Source: Eledone cirrhosa
Lineage: Eukaryota
Direction: 5' to 3'
DNA: 64,000 nt
NCBI GenBank assembly: GCA_964016885.1
Contig: OZ024740.1
Span: 57,474,001 to 57,538,000, forward strand
Shown piece by piece: positions 26,500-40,804 of this stretch. Position 1 is the first letter of the stretch. Every line of letters starts with the position of its first letter. The notes beneath the pieces are model-generated. The model made no database searches, was not told the DNA's origin, and saw only the letters and a list, made by a program, of their open reading frames with translations. The position numbers were made by a program, and so were the translations under genes.

Positions 26500-27473
26500 C
26501 AGCCATCGTCATCATTTCAATTAACTACATTAGCTCTTAACAAACTGTAATGATTTATCACATGGTCAACAAAATTCACAAAATTATGGACAAGGACAAT
26601 CGTGCATCTCTTCTGATGATTGCTAAACAATTTGAAGTTGTTGAGTGCACTGTGTACAGAATCAGTCATGACAATCTGAACATGCACAAAGTTTGTGCAA
26701 AGGTTGTTCCCAGGGTGCTCAATGAAGATCAAAGGCAGAGGCATATTGATGACAGCATGGAAATGGTCGAGTGGATTACTTTGAATCCAAGTGTCCTTGA
26801 GTCTCTGATAACCTGTGACGAGAGCTGAGTCTTCTGTTATGATCCAGAGACCTAGAGACAGAGTGCCCAGTGCAAACATTCTGACTCCCAAAGACCGAAG
26901 AAGGCCAGGCAAAGCAGGTCCACTGAGAAGTTTATGATGATCCCATTCTTTGACAACAAGGGCATCATCTATATCCACTGGGTCCCCCACGACCAAACAG
27001 TCAACAAAGAGTACTATGTAGAGGTTTTGAGGCAGTTCAGAAAGAGAGTTCGTCACAAGAGACTAGAACTCTTCAAGTCTGGTCAGTGGCACCTGCACCA
27101 GGATAATTCTCCCTGTCACCAATCCATCCTGATGACCAACTGCTTGGCCAATATGGGAATCAAGCCTATCTCTCATCCTCTTTATAGTCCAGACTTAGCC
27201 CCATGTGACTCCTGGATGTTCCCAAAGCTGAAGGAGAAGTTCAAGGGTATCTGCTTTGAGGATAAGTAAGGAGATGAAGGGGGTTGTGACAAGCACACTG
27301 GACACCTTCACTTTGGAGGACTACAAGGGAGCCTTCCAGAAGTGGCTGGAGTGCTACTACAAGTACATTGAAGTTGGAGGATTCTATTTTGAGGGAGACT
27401 AGAAATTTGTGTTGATCTGAGTTAAATAAATGTCTCTCTGATAAAAATCTCAAAACCTCTTGAGTATACCTCG
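26500..27473 (+). mobile_element. Mariner transposon relic (pseudogenised transposase)
   Basis: KVCAKVVPRVL, ITCDES, HLHQDNSPCH and LYSPDLAPCD motifs (D,D34D-type); 3' terminus ...TATACCTCG|TA. Confidence 0.92.
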
Positions 27474-27805
27474 TACTATATGTTTCTGTATCACAAACAT
27501 ACTTAAGTCCTGCTATGACAGTTTTAGCCATGTAAGAATGTTAGACACTGTTTCGGGATTTTCTATCTATCAATAGTGGCATTTAATCATTCAATACTGA
27601 GATTAATATAAGTTGTAGCTTACATACATTTTGTATATGAAACAGCATATAGTGCATGCTTGACTTGGTTGGGATTCATTAATAGTAACAATAACATAGC
27701 AATATACATAACAGAGTTGTATACAACTCTTTTATGTATCACGCTATGTTGGTTTTACTACTAATTTCAAGAATGTCTTACTAATGGAGTTTCATGTGAT
27801 ACAGG

Positions 27806-28102
27806 CAGAAGCGTAACTAGGGTATGGCAAGCATGGAACATGCCATGGGCACCACATGAAGGGGGCGCCACTTGGACTAGGAGCATATTCTATTACAGCC
27901 AAATATGCCTCATAGGAGAGTGAAAAAAGAAACTCTTTCAGATGTATGGTCTGTCTTTGCATATCATGGCTGAGAACACTATGGTGGCTGGATCATTAAA
28001 CCATTTATATAAATCACAAGCTCCGTAGTTAAATATACAGTGCTAGGCAGGGGGGCAATTTCACTGCTTGCCATAGGCGCTATTTTCCCTAGTTATGACT
28101 TG
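27806..28102. mobile_element. hAT-type MITE
   Basis: TIRs CAGAAGCGTAACTAGGG / CCCTAGTTATGACTTG; 8-bp flanking repeats GATACAGG and GATACACG. Confidence 0.7.
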
Positions 28103-28823
28103 GATACACGGCATTAAGAATTAAGTATGCTTGCACTTACATCATAAATTATGCATTATTGTAGCCCTGTGGCATAACACAGTGGCTGTAGCAAAGTTTG
28201 AACTCTGAACCTTGTTGTAACACTCTAACCATACAACCATTGTGTCACATAATTTTAGAAAACAAAATATGGTTACAGATAATTACATTATAGATAGGAG
28301 TCAATGATATAAATGTTTCAGTTCAGATTGTATGAATTTATATATAGATATTTTATTTTTATTTTTATCTGCTTGAGGAAATTATTATGAATTCTACATT
28401 TCTATCTAAAACTAGATACGTAGGAATTCTAGATTGCAAAATTGTTATTTTTCTTGCTTTGCCCTTCTAACAAAGAATATATACCATTATTTAATTGAAG
28501 CTATAGTTTCTATTGTAAGAAACCTTAGTTTTCAGCAATCTGCTTCAACAAATCTCTATGACATTTGCCATTCATTGCAACCATTAAAATGAAAATACAA
28601 AAAAGCAAAAAACGAAATTAGGTCCTGACTTTTGTTATAATAGTAGAATATTAGAATATATATATGTGTGTGTGTGTGAGTGTGTAGACATATATAACAA
28701 ACAGACCAACAAACAAGCAATTTTATACATATGTATACTCTGGGATTTTTACATAACCTTACCTATTGAGTACACTGAGATGCAACCAGTACTAGTAGGG
28801 AAACCTTATGCTTGTCCCGTCAA

Positions 28824-28855
<32 letters not shown>

Positions 28856-28858
<3 letters not shown>

Positions 28859-29168
28859 TTAGAGCATTGGCCTTGCAATCGAAAGGTTGTGAGTTCAATT
28901 CTCAGACCAGGTGATGTGTTGTTTCCTTGAGCAAGACACTTTATTTCAGTATACTCAGCTGTGGATGTGGAGGTGCCACGGCAAAAAAGTACCCAGCCCA
29001 CACTGTAAAGTGGACGTGTAGACGCCACGGCAAAAAAGCACCCAGCACTCACTGTAAATGAGGTTGGTGTTAGGAAGGGCATCCAGCTGTAGAAATCAAG
29101 CCAGAATCAGTTCCCGTCCCACCCTTGCAAGCAGGGAAAAGTGGACGTAAAATGATGATGATGATGAT
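28856..29168 (+). mobile_element. tRNA SINE / RTE-tail composite
   Basis: Same family as 48594-48803; starts at a (TA)n tract. Confidence 0.8.
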
Positions 29169-29336
29169 CATGAATTGCTTGTTTGTTGGTCTGTTTGTTA
29201 CCAATGCACTCAAAAACCAGTGAACCAATTATGTTCAAAGTTGACAGAAAAGGTCCTTAGAATCAGCTATGGATTGTCATCAAACTTAGACCTATATTGT
29301 TTTAAGGGTGAGGAGATACTTTCTACATGGTCAATG

Positions 29337-29405
<69 letters not shown>

Positions 29406-30299
29406 CCTTTTAATGTCCATTTTTCTGTGCTGGCATGGGTTACACATGTTATCCTGTTATAGGCAATGCCAGGTCAGGTGACCATGTCATGCTCATACAG
29501 AACCAATTTTGGTATAGTTTCTACAGTTGGATGCCCTTCCTAGCATCAACCTCATTTACAGTGAGTATTGGGTGCTTTTTGTCATGTTGGGTTGGATGGG
29601 TCTACATAGGCCAAGCCAGTACTGTCAGGGCTGCTGATCTCATAGACAGGTCAAGGGGTCAGTGTCCCACTTACATACTGTCATTGAATGCAGAGAAGTT
29701 GTCATGTCTTTTGATACAAACTGAAGGGTCCTCCTAACCCATTGTTTGGCAAGCTTTCTACAGCTGGATGCTTTTCCTAATGCCAACCACTTTGCAGCAT
29801 CTACTGGGGGATTTTATTTTTTATGTACTGGCTGCTTTTATCATCAGCATTAGGGTGGCTGTCATGTCCTTGACACAACTGAAGGGTCTTCCCACCCTTT
29901 GTTTGGCAAACTTTCTATGTCTGGATGTCCTTCCTATCACCAACCACTTTACAGCATGTACTTGGTGTGTTTATCATGTAGATCACCAACACTAGAGAGG
30001 TTGTTGTGTCTTTTGACAACTAACAGGTCTTCTCAACCCTTTTAGGTATGGTTTCTACAGCAGGGTACCCTTCCTGTCGCCAGCTATCCTTATTGAGTGT
30101 ACCGGATGCATTTTCTTGGTACCATCCATAGTAAGATTGTTGGTCATAGACCCAACTGTATAGCCATCTCAACTCTGGGGAGGGGGGCAATAGGGGAGGG
30201 AGGCAATAGGGGAGGGAGATAGGTATGAAGTTATATATATTCAAAAAGTAAATGGTAAAACACAAGAGATAATGAAATACAATGAAGATATATTTTAGT

Positions 30300-31985
30300 G
30301 TCATGCCTAGTATACTAGGAAAACTCTTAACATTTTGGATGCTAGTCCTTCATCAGAAAATAGAATGAGAAATTAAAGGAGAAATAGAAAGATAGAGGAG
30401 AGTGGGCTAGAATAGAAACAAAAAAAATTATTTTCGAGAAAAAGCAGATCTGTTCATTTCCCCATCACTTGGAAAACTGTTGATAGGAGCATTTATGGTG
30501 TAGGAAGTTCAGTTGGCCATATTTTGAAAAGCTGTGATCAAAAGCATCTATATCATTCTGAAAATGAAAAATCCTTATGTATTTAGAGTGGATATGTAAG
30601 TGTATGTGCCTGCATGTTTGTGTTTGTTGATTGCCTGTACAAAGCTGTGAGGATATGTGTGTTTAAGCTTAAGAGTAAGTTTGTGTGTGTGTTTGCGTGT
30701 GTGTTTGCGTGTTAGCTGTTGGTCTGTACAGATCTATGGCTGTAAATGTAGAAGTGTGTGAGTTTGTTGTTGGTCTGTACAAAGCTGGGCGGGGGGTTGC
30801 CATAATGAAGTCATAGGAAACTCAAGACGTGAATGTGTGTGCATGTGTGATAATGGATGAGGTAGGAGTGAGTGGCTAAGTGTATAGAAGTACACATGAG
30901 CACATGTGCAAGGGTAAATATAGATTAAAGAAAATGTGGAGAGGAGTTGAATCTATTTTGGAAAGTGGACCCATGTTGGAAAATCAAGTTCTGCTTAATC
31001 ATGGTGCATGAGGCTGGCAATACATGATACAATAGGACACACAGGACTGAAGACATGTAGAGAAGAAGTGGCCTGGGAATGGAAGTGACAGGAGACAAGG
31101 GTGTCCCTGCCAAGTATTTGTATGTTAGATGTTGGTCTGTACAGAGCTATGAATGTAAATGTAGAGGTGTGTGTGTGTTTGTTGTTGGTCTGTACAAAGC
31201 TGTTGAGGTGCGTGTTTTGCCATAATGAAGTCATAGGAAACTCAAGAAGTGAATGTGCATGCACATGTGACAACGGATGAGGTAGGGGTGACAGTGGCTA
31301 GGTGTATAGAATTACGCATGAGCATTGATTAGGTGAGACCCGCTAATGCAGCCACATGCGCTGATTGTGCATTATTGCATAATAAATGCAGATAATGGAT
31401 GCTGTACGCTCTCCTGCTGCATTAAGTGTTCTGTAAATCAGTCTGTCAGAACATGGAGGGCATAGATAACATGGTGGAGGTGCAGGTGAAGGTGTGGTAG
31501 ATATGGAAAGAACTGTTAGTGCCTGTGAGAGTGGTGAGGTTGGAAATGAAGGGACAGTGAGGACAAGAACAGGAACGGGAGCCAGGTGGAGTCCTAGAAG
31601 CATGTAGGTCACAGAGATTATGGGCATGCTTAAAGGTGGTGATGGGTGGGTTGGGAAAGAAGCAAGAAGTGAAAGGGTCATAAGAGAGGGTCCAGAAGCA
31701 AAAGAAGACATGGCATCGGAGAAGTAAGGTGTTGGGGTGATAGATGGGGGGAAAGGAAAGGAAGGCAGGTGTTTTGTAGGATGAGAGGGCTGGGGTACAA
31801 CCAGTTTCACTGGCATGAGTGAGGGCAGCTTCGATCAGGGTGGGGGGATTCCCATGCTGGATGAAGTGGGATGCCATGTGTTGGGAATGGATCTTAAAAT
31901 TAGGATACCAGCTACAGAGCAATTGGGAGTAGATACAAGCATGAAAGTAGTATTATTGTGTCTCTGTATTCATCTAGTTCATCTT
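30300..31985 (-). mobile_element. Penelope-like element remnant (RT C-terminus and GIY-YIG linker) with decayed HHR in its pLTR
   Basis: Minus ORFs 31343-31922 contain 'F...G.P..LI..AL', 'PPITTFK..NL.D', 'C..CP' and 'TFTCTST'. Downstream minus strand reads TTTT-CTGATGA-AGGACTAGCATCC-AAAATGTTAAGA (30325-30360). Confidence 0.75.
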
Positions 31986-32035
31986 GAACTATATATATAC
32001 AAGGTGGTATCAAACAGTTCCCGGACTAACTATGT

Positions 32036-32902
32036 TTTGCCTTTTGCAGCTAGCAGTGGTAGTAGCTCCCTGAACTTCTTCCATCCCATTCTTACTCTGG
32101 CTACTGTATTTTCAGAACACCCACCTCCACTGCTCAGTTAGTCACCCAAGTAGCAGAAGATGTCTACTGTTTCTACCGAACCCTCCCAGAATTTGATAGC
32201 ACTTGTTTCCTGTGGTCGTTTACTGCTTACTTTCCCAGTGCAGCTGCTACATGTAAAGCTTACATTTTTAGCTAAACTTCCTGAGATGCCACTACATCTT
32301 TTGTGTGCCCATAGTTCGCATTTGGGACAGAGGGTGGAGTTTCTATCTACATCTTTTCTACATACTGAGCAAGGCCATCTCCCTGAGGGGATCAGGGTTC
32401 TGTTTTCTCTTCTACTTACTAGGACCTTAGTCTTTGTCAGGTCGACTTTAAGACCCCTTCTTTCCAGGCTCTGCTTCCATGTTTGAAATTTTTTCTCTAG
32501 TTCCACCATAGATTCTGCTATGAGTGTAAGATCATCATCGGCTGCCGGTCCAGGCTCTGCTTCCATGTTTGAAATTTTTTCTCTAGTTCCACCATAGATT
32601 CTGCTATGAGTGTAAGATCATCATCGGCTGCCGGTCTTAAACTCCCCTGTTATAGACTGCAGTATGGTGATAAATAGGAGAGGGCTAAGAAGAGAGCCCT
32701 GGTGGACCCCAACCTTTACACTCAATTCCTTCCTATAGTCATTACTAACCCTAACTTTGCTGATTGCTCCTCTATACATGGCTTGTAAAGCCTTCACAAC
32801 CCATTCATCTACTCTTTGTTTTCTAAGAGCCCACCGGATAATGGCATGGGGCACTCTGTCAAAATCTTTTTCCAGATCAACAAATGCCAGGTAGAGCAGC
32901 CT
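32036..32902 (-). mobile_element. RTE LINE internal RT fragment with ~85-bp duplication and deletion over YADD
   Basis: ORFs 32138-32566 and 32621-32938; 32466-32548 is repeated at 32549-32635. Confidence 0.9.
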
Positions 32903-33142
32903 ACTCGTCTCTTCTCTCTCTCTCTGTACCCCTCTCATTTCTCATGTCATGCTTTAGACTCACTTTCTCCCACTCTCTGCTCAATATGAGGTTATATCTT
33001 AACCCGGCTTTTTACTATACATATAATATCCAGTTGTTTACAGCCACCCTTCGTGCTGAGAATACTACAATTTTATGAAAATACATTATCTAATATTTTA
33101 ACATAATGTTAACTTTGTTTATAATTTCTTATCCAAATATAG

Positions 33143-33366
33143 ATTGAAGAAGAAATTGTAGAAACAGAAAATGATATACGTGAAATGAATCGTGCAATCA
33201 TTAATACAAAAGATCCATTGAAGTTAGCTCAAACTCGGCTTGAAAACCGCACATGTCGCCCTAATGTAGAACTGTGCAGAGATGCTCCACAATATGGTCT
33301 TGTTGATGAAGTGAAGCAGCTTGAAGCCACGAGTGCAGCTCTTGAAGAGAAATTGAAACAACAAAT
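33143..33366 (+). CDS. TEKT2: Tektin (Tektin-2/B-like), internal exon C with tektin signature
   Basis: TAG acceptor; GTAAGT donor at 33367; phase 0 matches exon B. IEEEIVETENDIREMNRAIINTKDPLKLAQTRLENRTCRPNVELCRDAPQYGLVDEVKQLEATSAALEEKLKQQ contains the RPNVELCRD nonapeptide. Confidence 0.95.
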
Positions 33367-34337
33367 GTAAGTATTTATTATTATAAATATTATTCTATAC
33401 AAATAGTGCTTTGGCATTAGAAATATGGAAAGTTTTCCACTTTTTCCATCTAACTTTTAAACTGAATTCTTTCACATAGTTAATGTCCATATATACACCA
33501 GATCCGAACACAAAAGAACTAAACTCCCACTAACCACTAGTTATAATATATATTATATTATAATTATATGTATATATCTTCTGAATGTTCTGTTTCCTAC
33601 ATTTCTCCCACATGTTTTTTGAATGATATTATCATTGTAACCACTCAGCCTAATTCTTAAATCAAACTGTTGTTTACTACTGCTGTGACATTCCATCTTT
33701 CTATTTCGCCCTCTCTCCATCTATCTATCTATCTATATTTTCCCCTCAATATCGTCTCTCTCAATTCTGAATATTGACCTGCTCAGTTAATTTTCACCAT
33801 GTCTCATGCTTATTAATACTAGTTCTAGGGTTATTGCTTGAACCAACTTCTATTAATTTATTTCATTCATTCCCATGGTTACTATCCATGTTTGTGTTGC
33901 TTTCAATTGTAACACCTATTCCATATCTTGTTTCTTTTTTGCTTTTTTTTGTCCAACATCCATTGTGTTTTCTTCCCGAATAGCTATCCTGTCTTTTAAA
34001 GCATTCAAAACTATAATGATTCCAAGAAGACAGGTGATGGGTGTGAATTGTCCATGTGCTTGTGCCTTCTGAGTTTTCTGTTTCCTACATTTCTCCTACA
34101 TGTTTTTTAATAATATTATCATTGCAACCACACAGCCTAATTTTTAAATTTAGACCGAAATCACAGGTGGTCTAGAAGCTGATGATGTATATAAATGTTT
34201 GTGTGATCTTCTCTTGTCCATTTTCTTCCTTTTCTCCTTTCTTTCTATCACTTCTGAGGGCCAACACACTTCTAGCCACTGATTTTTATCCTTTGAGGTA
34301 AATTTTACCTGACGCTGTCATTTGTTTATTCATATTT

Positions 34338-34396
34338 GCTGTAATATGTATTTCGGTGATAACCATTATTCAACAACTATGACCTCATCAGACAGC
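34338..34396 (-). ncRNA. Type-I hammerhead ribozyme motif
   Basis: Minus strand: GCTGT-CTGATGA-GGT(C)ATAGTTGTT(GAAT)AATGGTTAT(C)ACC-GAAA-TACATA-TT-ACAGC. Confidence 0.72.
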
Positions 34397-34649
34397 TAGA
34401 ACAAAAAAAAAACAGAAAAACATAATGATAAACAAAATTTACCTCCGTTATTACGGTCCTTTGATATGCCCTGTCCCGAAGTATAGTGTTGTTTTTTTCA
34501 AGTGGCATATGATTTAGAATGAACGAATTCAGGCATCAGAATTAAACCAGTATTAAACTAGTAAGACTTGGGATAGTAGAGTGTGACTATATTAGAAAGA
34601 GTCGGGGCCCGATGACTGAGCTCTTTCTGTTTGGACTATATATAGCCTG

Positions 34650-34717
<68 letters not shown>

Positions 34718-34721
<4 letters not shown>

Positions 34722-35346
34722 ATCAGATGTTGTTTACTCGAGAGAAGGCTACGTTGGTATGGACACGTGATGCGCATGAAAGTCGATAGCTGTATAACAA
34801 AGTGCAGGGCAATAAAGATAGACGGTAGCCACGGAATAGGCAGACCTAGAAAAACCTGGGACGAGCTGATAAACTCCGACCTCACACACTTACACCTCTC
34901 CAAGACAATGTCACTGGACCGAGACCTTTGGCGGTACTCAGTAATAGAGAAGACCCGCCTTACCTAAATACATAGTAAAACCTACTACAGTCAGTACGCA
35001 TCTCTAACAAAATACACCCCCGTCCCACCACCCCCACCCCATCCACACCGCCCCCTTCTATGTAAAGTTATGTTGGTGCCACACCATCCAGGCCGAAACA
35101 AATGAGATCGTGTAGGTGTCACGACAAAAAAACACAGTCCACGCTGTAATGTGGCCGTGTAGGCAACACGGTAAAAACCTCCCAGACCCACACTGTAAAT
35201 GTGGTTGGTGTTAGGAAGGGCATCCAACTGTAGAAAACCTGCCAGACAGTCCTATGCGAGCAAGACAATCACTCTTGCCTCAAGTGGGAAAACCCCCGTC
35301 CAAACCCATGCAAGCGTGGAACACGGACGTTAAACGTTGATGATGA
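34718..35346 (+). mobile_element. RTE LINE 3' end
   Basis: ORF 34767-34967 plus 3' UTR; nearly identical to the 3' part of 55221-56493. Confidence 0.93.
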
Positions 35347-36879
35347 TATATGTGTGTGTGTGTGTGTGTGTATGAACAAAACCAGTATAAATCAGTATAA
35401 AAAGGAAGATAAACAAATATGACCCTATGGACTAGACAGAGAAGGAGAGAGAGAGGGAGAATATTGTAAAGAGTTACATTACAGATAAATCTCAGCCCGA
35501 CAAGAAGAGTCAGGCAAATTCTAGAACAAATCTAACATCAGTGAAGTATATATATTTGCTGTCGTATAACAAACAGCCAGAAACTGTCCTATATGAGCTA
35601 GACACAGTCAACCGACCCAACTTGCCTTAAGTGGGACAAACCCGTCTAACCCATGCTAACGTGGAAGATAGACATTAAACAATGATGATGATGGTGATAT
35701 ATATATAAAGAACGAGAGAAAGATTAATGATTTTGTGAGCCAGTGGTAGTAATGTGATAGTGAGTGAATCTTTTCCCAATCAATCAGACGGCCTGTCTTT
35801 GGATGCAGTCTTATCTATTTGTCTGTGTAGTGTCACACTCCCAGATAACTGAATAGTATTGTGGTGTTGGTTTCAATTGAGTTTTGTTGGAGGTCAGTAA
35901 CTAATCCAGGCTGAAGTATTGTCTGATTTTGAAGATGACTCTTAGTCTGTACGATGCAGTTTTGGCACTGTTTCATATTTTAGATTACTATGAGAGATCA
36001 TGAAAGATTTGTAACAACTTTCCAAACATCAGCTTAGTAATGGAAGAAATAGTTATTTTATTAAATTCTTCTAAATGTTTTACTCTTTTCAGAATTAATA
36101 GAAACACATAGGCTCTATATTGTATATTTCATGAGAAATGCAATAAGAAAAGGATTAACTTGATTTTTTAGGCTTGTAATTTAACTGGCTAGGGATATTT
36201 CATCAAGCTGACGTAATGACTATTGTTGCTATAATGGAAAGTTTGAAGCATAAGTTCTACATGCTAGACTCAAGAAACTGGAATATATTAGGCAATGTTA
36301 CCTCATGTTTTTATTTCATTTTCCACTTTTCAGTATTTTCTAATTCAAGTCAAGTTGATGAGGAGTACTTTAAGCAGTGAGTTGACCTGCTAGAAATAGC
36401 AGCCAAATGCCCTACAAATGACATTCTACTACCTTTAAGAAAAGGAAGTTTACATTGTATAATATTGTTCTAGGTACATTCAATCTTCCATAGTCTAATG
36501 TTGTTCTATATATGCTAAAATGCAGAGATAGTTTAAAATGGGTTTGCTCGATTTGGGAATGACTCAACAGAGAATAAATAACAACAATAGTATCAACATT
36601 TGACATTATTTAAGTCACATTAGCCCATTTTCAAGGAGAGTAGATAGACCCCATAATCATAATGTTATGTGTTTTTCCATGTTGACATGAGCTTGATGGG
36701 TCATTACAGCCATGTCAGTACTTAATCAAAGTTTCTGTCCTCCTAGATGCATCAGGAAAACATGTCCCAAGGGGTTTTAAATATGAAGTTGGTTCTAGGA
36801 AGATTTGAACTCACAACATAGTTTCATGCGCTAAATTAATTTCGATTATCATTCACTTGAATTATTTATATAGACATTA

Positions 36880-37300
36880 TATAATAATATTGGAGAGTGT
36901 TGCTGAAGCTGAAGGGAAAGATATATGTTGTGTGAGAGGTGCTATGATTTAGGGAAGAAGGACATGGGTGATGAATGTGGAGCAACAGAGAAGGCTGGAA
37001 AGAATGGAAATGAGAATGGTTTGGTAGATGAATGGAGTATTGCTGAGAGAGAGGAAGACAAGGATGATAGAAATAGAACCAGTGATGGATGTTGTGAAAA
37101 GAAATGGAAAGAAATTGTTGGATTATGTGTTGAAGAAGGATGAAAGGAGTGATGGAAATGAATGTGGAAGGAGGCAGAGGAAGAGGAAAACCAAAAAAGA
37201 CATAGCTAAAAATGATGGAAGAGGAAATGAAAGCAAGGGTGAGAAAGGATGCAGATGATAGGAGAAAATGACAAAGATTATCATGCCCACCCCACACAAG
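36880..37300 (+). mobile_element. Ancient RTE C-terminal remnant
   Basis: Decayed 'LKGKIY', 'RRLERMEMRM..W' and 'GRR.R..PKK' coding. Confidence 0.55.
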
Positions 37301-38003
37301 ATTAACCTCAGTTTTAGCAGAGAAGATAGCCTTAATATGCTTCATCACCATTCATCATCGTTTAACGTCCATTTTCCACGCAAGCATGTGTAGGACAAGT
37401 ATTTGTATGATAATATTGTTTAAAATTCCAGCTACAAGTATTACAGTAATATAAAGTTAGTTAAGTCATCCATGTTAGAAGTACCACACTATGTTTATGA
37501 CTAAAACAGTTGACTTCCAACTTGAGGAAAGCTCTACATGGTCATTCAATTTAGTAGAAATAGTAGTCAAATCTTTCTCAAATCACACCTTATCACCTTA
37601 AAAGAATATAATTCTAGATACACTGCGCCTCTTCCACTTTTCAGGATTTTCTAATAAATCTTTAAGGTGAGCAAATGAGAGATCCTCTATGTGGTCACAC
37701 AACCTGCTAAAAATATCAGTCAAATAACCCTCAAATCACACCATACCACATTGCAGAAAAAAGACAAATTTCATAATGTAGTCATAGATATACTCATCAT
37801 CATCATCATCATCGTTTCTATGTTGACAGAGATTGGACAGGATATGTTGACTCAAAGTTTGACAGCTGGTTCCCCCCTTTCTGACACTAACACTTTTGGT
37901 CACTTCTTACAACACATAAGGATATGGTATACCTATTCTAAACCGTATACACTCTGTGTCAGTAAACACACATACACAGGCTGGTTATGGCTGTGATACC
38001 TTA

Positions 38004-38223
38004 CCCTTTAGCCTTTAAACCGGCTGTATCCGGCCAGAATTCTCTCACCTCTTTCTGTTCAAACTGGCCGTAACTGGCCACTCATACTTATGTTAAGGTA
38101 TTGTTCGCAAAATAAATAATATCAAAATCTCATAGATTTGATATTATGTGAGATATTATATGAGGTAAAGCCTTTACCCTAAAAATACAATAGTATATAG
38201 AGGATAAAGTAAATGCTAAATGG
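38004..38223 (+). mobile_element. piggyBac-type MITE
   Basis: Third copy of the 5122-5330 family; CCCTTTAGC...GCTAAATGG|TTAA. Confidence 0.72.
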
Positions 38224-38677
38224 TTAATCATAGTCTTCTTAATCAGACATGAGCTGGGGCTAATCAACATTTTAGCTTCAATGACCCATTCTAGCTAAAT
38301 ATAAACACAATCAGGTTATTCAGTTAATTCTTGTTAAAAATAACCACTTATATTAATGGTAAGTATTTTGCTAACAAGTAATGTTGATTAAATATCCTCC
38401 TATGAGTTCAGAATTGACTGCTAGGAATCGCAGAAACCTTCAAAAATTTATAGACACAGTAAAATTTAACTGTCTAAAGTTACTTCCCTTGGACTATTTT
38501 ATAAAATTGATGACTATGCCGTTAAGAGTAGGATTCGTAAACCCATAGCTAGCACTGTGAATTATTTTATGCTTGTGAAGCTAATTCCTTTCATCTGCCT
38601 CTTTCATGAACGCCACATGATCTCGTTCTTCTTCCTTGTAAATGTTTGACTTATATCTTGCACTCTATATGTGTGTA

Positions 38678-38716
<39 letters not shown>

Positions 38717-38720
<4 letters not shown>

Positions 38721-38926
38721 TTAATATAGATGAGATTCTACAGGACTAGAACTGTTTCATTCTTTAGAAATCATCAGGAATCTGGGTATACCCAGATTCC
38801 TGATGATTTCTAAAGAATGAAACAGTTCTAGTCCTGTAGAATCTCATCTATATTAAAACTTTTATACTCTGCTATGTATTGAGTACCTTACTTACTGTGG
38901 TTACCTCCGATTCAACCCGGAATAAC

Positions 38927-38929
<3 letters not shown>
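38717..38929. mobile_element. Perfect 144-bp palindrome (38717-38860) plus 3' tail, inserted in (TA)n
   Basis: Centre GGGTA|TACCC at 38788/38789 with no spacer; tail contains ACTCTGCTATGTATTGAGTAC. Confidence 0.88.
38794..38844 (+). ncRNA. Type-I hammerhead ribozyme motif (mirror copy on the minus strand, 38733-38783)
   Basis: AGATTC-CTGATGA-T-TTC(TAAA)GAA-T-GAAA-CAG(TTCTAGTC)CTG-TA-GAATCT; all three stems pair. Confidence 0.82.
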
Positions 38930-38959
<30 letters not shown>

Positions 38960-39080
38960 CTGTCTAAACGTATGTTATTACTCTAATGCCCGACCTTATT
39001 GAGTGCTTTGCTACTCATTCCTAATTGTAGGTCACTTTGCTTGGCCGCAGCCAAAGCTTCGATTTTACTAAGCTTCCACT

Positions 39081-39155
<75 letters not shown>

Positions 39156-39309
39156 TCATCATCATCATCTTACGTCCGCTTTTCCCTACTTGCAAGGGTG
39201 GGACGGGAACTGATTCTGGCTTGATTTCTACAGCTGGATGCCCTTCCTAACACCAACCTCATTTACAGTGAGTGCGGACGTAAAATGATGATGATGATGA
39301 TGATGATCA

Positions 39310-40215
39310 CAATCCATACCAACACAGTCTTCTCTCTTGCCCACTACATCCAAGTTCTCTTGTACAAGTCTTTTTTTTCTCACCTCGCTTATGTTACATA
39401 ATCATGCACATTAACATTACATATCCATCAGAGCATACTCACTTCTCTTCTTTCTAGTCTTTACAAGTCTACTGTAGTCAAGGACCATGTCTCACTGCCA
39501 TGTAACATTACAGTGGGCATGCAGGTATCATACATTCTACCCTTCACTCTGAGAGAGAAGCTCTTTGTTGTCAGCAGTGGCACAACACCCTGAACTTCTT
39601 CTAGTCCTTCTTACTCTGGCTACCACACTTTCAGAACATCCTCCCCTACTGCCGATTAGGTCACCTAGCTAACAAAAGCTGTCCACAACTTCTAGCAAGC
39701 CTCTCTAGCAATTGAAGCAATCTATTAGATGTGTGCTCTTTCATGTTTACTTCTCCTATGCATCTGTTGCATACAAAGTCTACCTTCCATTACCCTGCTT
39801 ATAACCCCACTACATTCCTTATGTGTCTGTAGATTACACTATGTGCACCTTATACAATAGCTGCCCAACCCTTTTCAACATAGAGAACAAGGCCACTTCT
39901 CTGACAGTATCAGTTTCTTGTCCTCTTTCCTAATTATTAAGACTTGTCTTTGTTAAGTTTACTTTTAAAATTTTTGATTCTATATTTTTCTTCTTGACCA
40001 GAAATTTTACCTCCACCTCTTCTATTGAGTCAACTGTAAGGTTTAGGTCATACATGAGTTACCATGCAGTGCTTGTTTTAAATACCTTAGTTATGGCCTG
40101 ACAGACAATGACAAACAGAAGTGGGCTGAGGACTGAGCGTAGGTGGACCCTCTCTTCCACTTCCAATTTATCACTGTACTTATTGCCAACTCTCATGTCT
40201 GTCAGGCTAGTTGTC
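39310..40215 (-). mobile_element. Degenerate RTE LINE fragment
   Basis: Homologous to the RT / PHD-like / HGSETW region of the other copies, with many substitutions. Confidence 0.82.
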
Positions 40216-40804
40216 TATCAAGCTTCTGAAGTTTCCCTCTCACAAATTCCACCTATTTTATGTCCACTTTCCATGCTTACAAGTGTTTCACATTTGTTCT
40301 TATTCAGAGTTACTACCCATCTAGATGGTTGGAAGACCATACCTTGCTCATACATTCCGATAATGGTTTCAATGGCTGGATGCTCTTTTTACCTGAATCA
40401 CTTTCAAGATTGAAGTGGATGCATTTTGTCATTATAACAACCCTATATATATGTGTGTGTATTTGTGTGTGTGCGTGCATGACTACCTCTCTAGTACTGA
40501 TGCCACAATAAAATATCAAGCTTTAATGCTTGTTTTTCCATGCTAGCAGAGATAGTATGGGTTATTATAGATCAAGTCAGTATTATTCAGAGCTACTGAC
40601 CTCTTTGATTGGCCAGGGTCCCTTATCTTGCTTACATATGTTCCAACATTTTACAAAGTGTACTGGGTGCATTTTATCATGGTATGTCCTTGACACAACC
40701 AAAGGGGCAGCTCAACACTTTGCCAATAGTTTTACAGAATATAAGGAGTGCAATTTATTATCATTATCATCATCCTCATATAATAATAATAATAATAATA
40801 ATGG

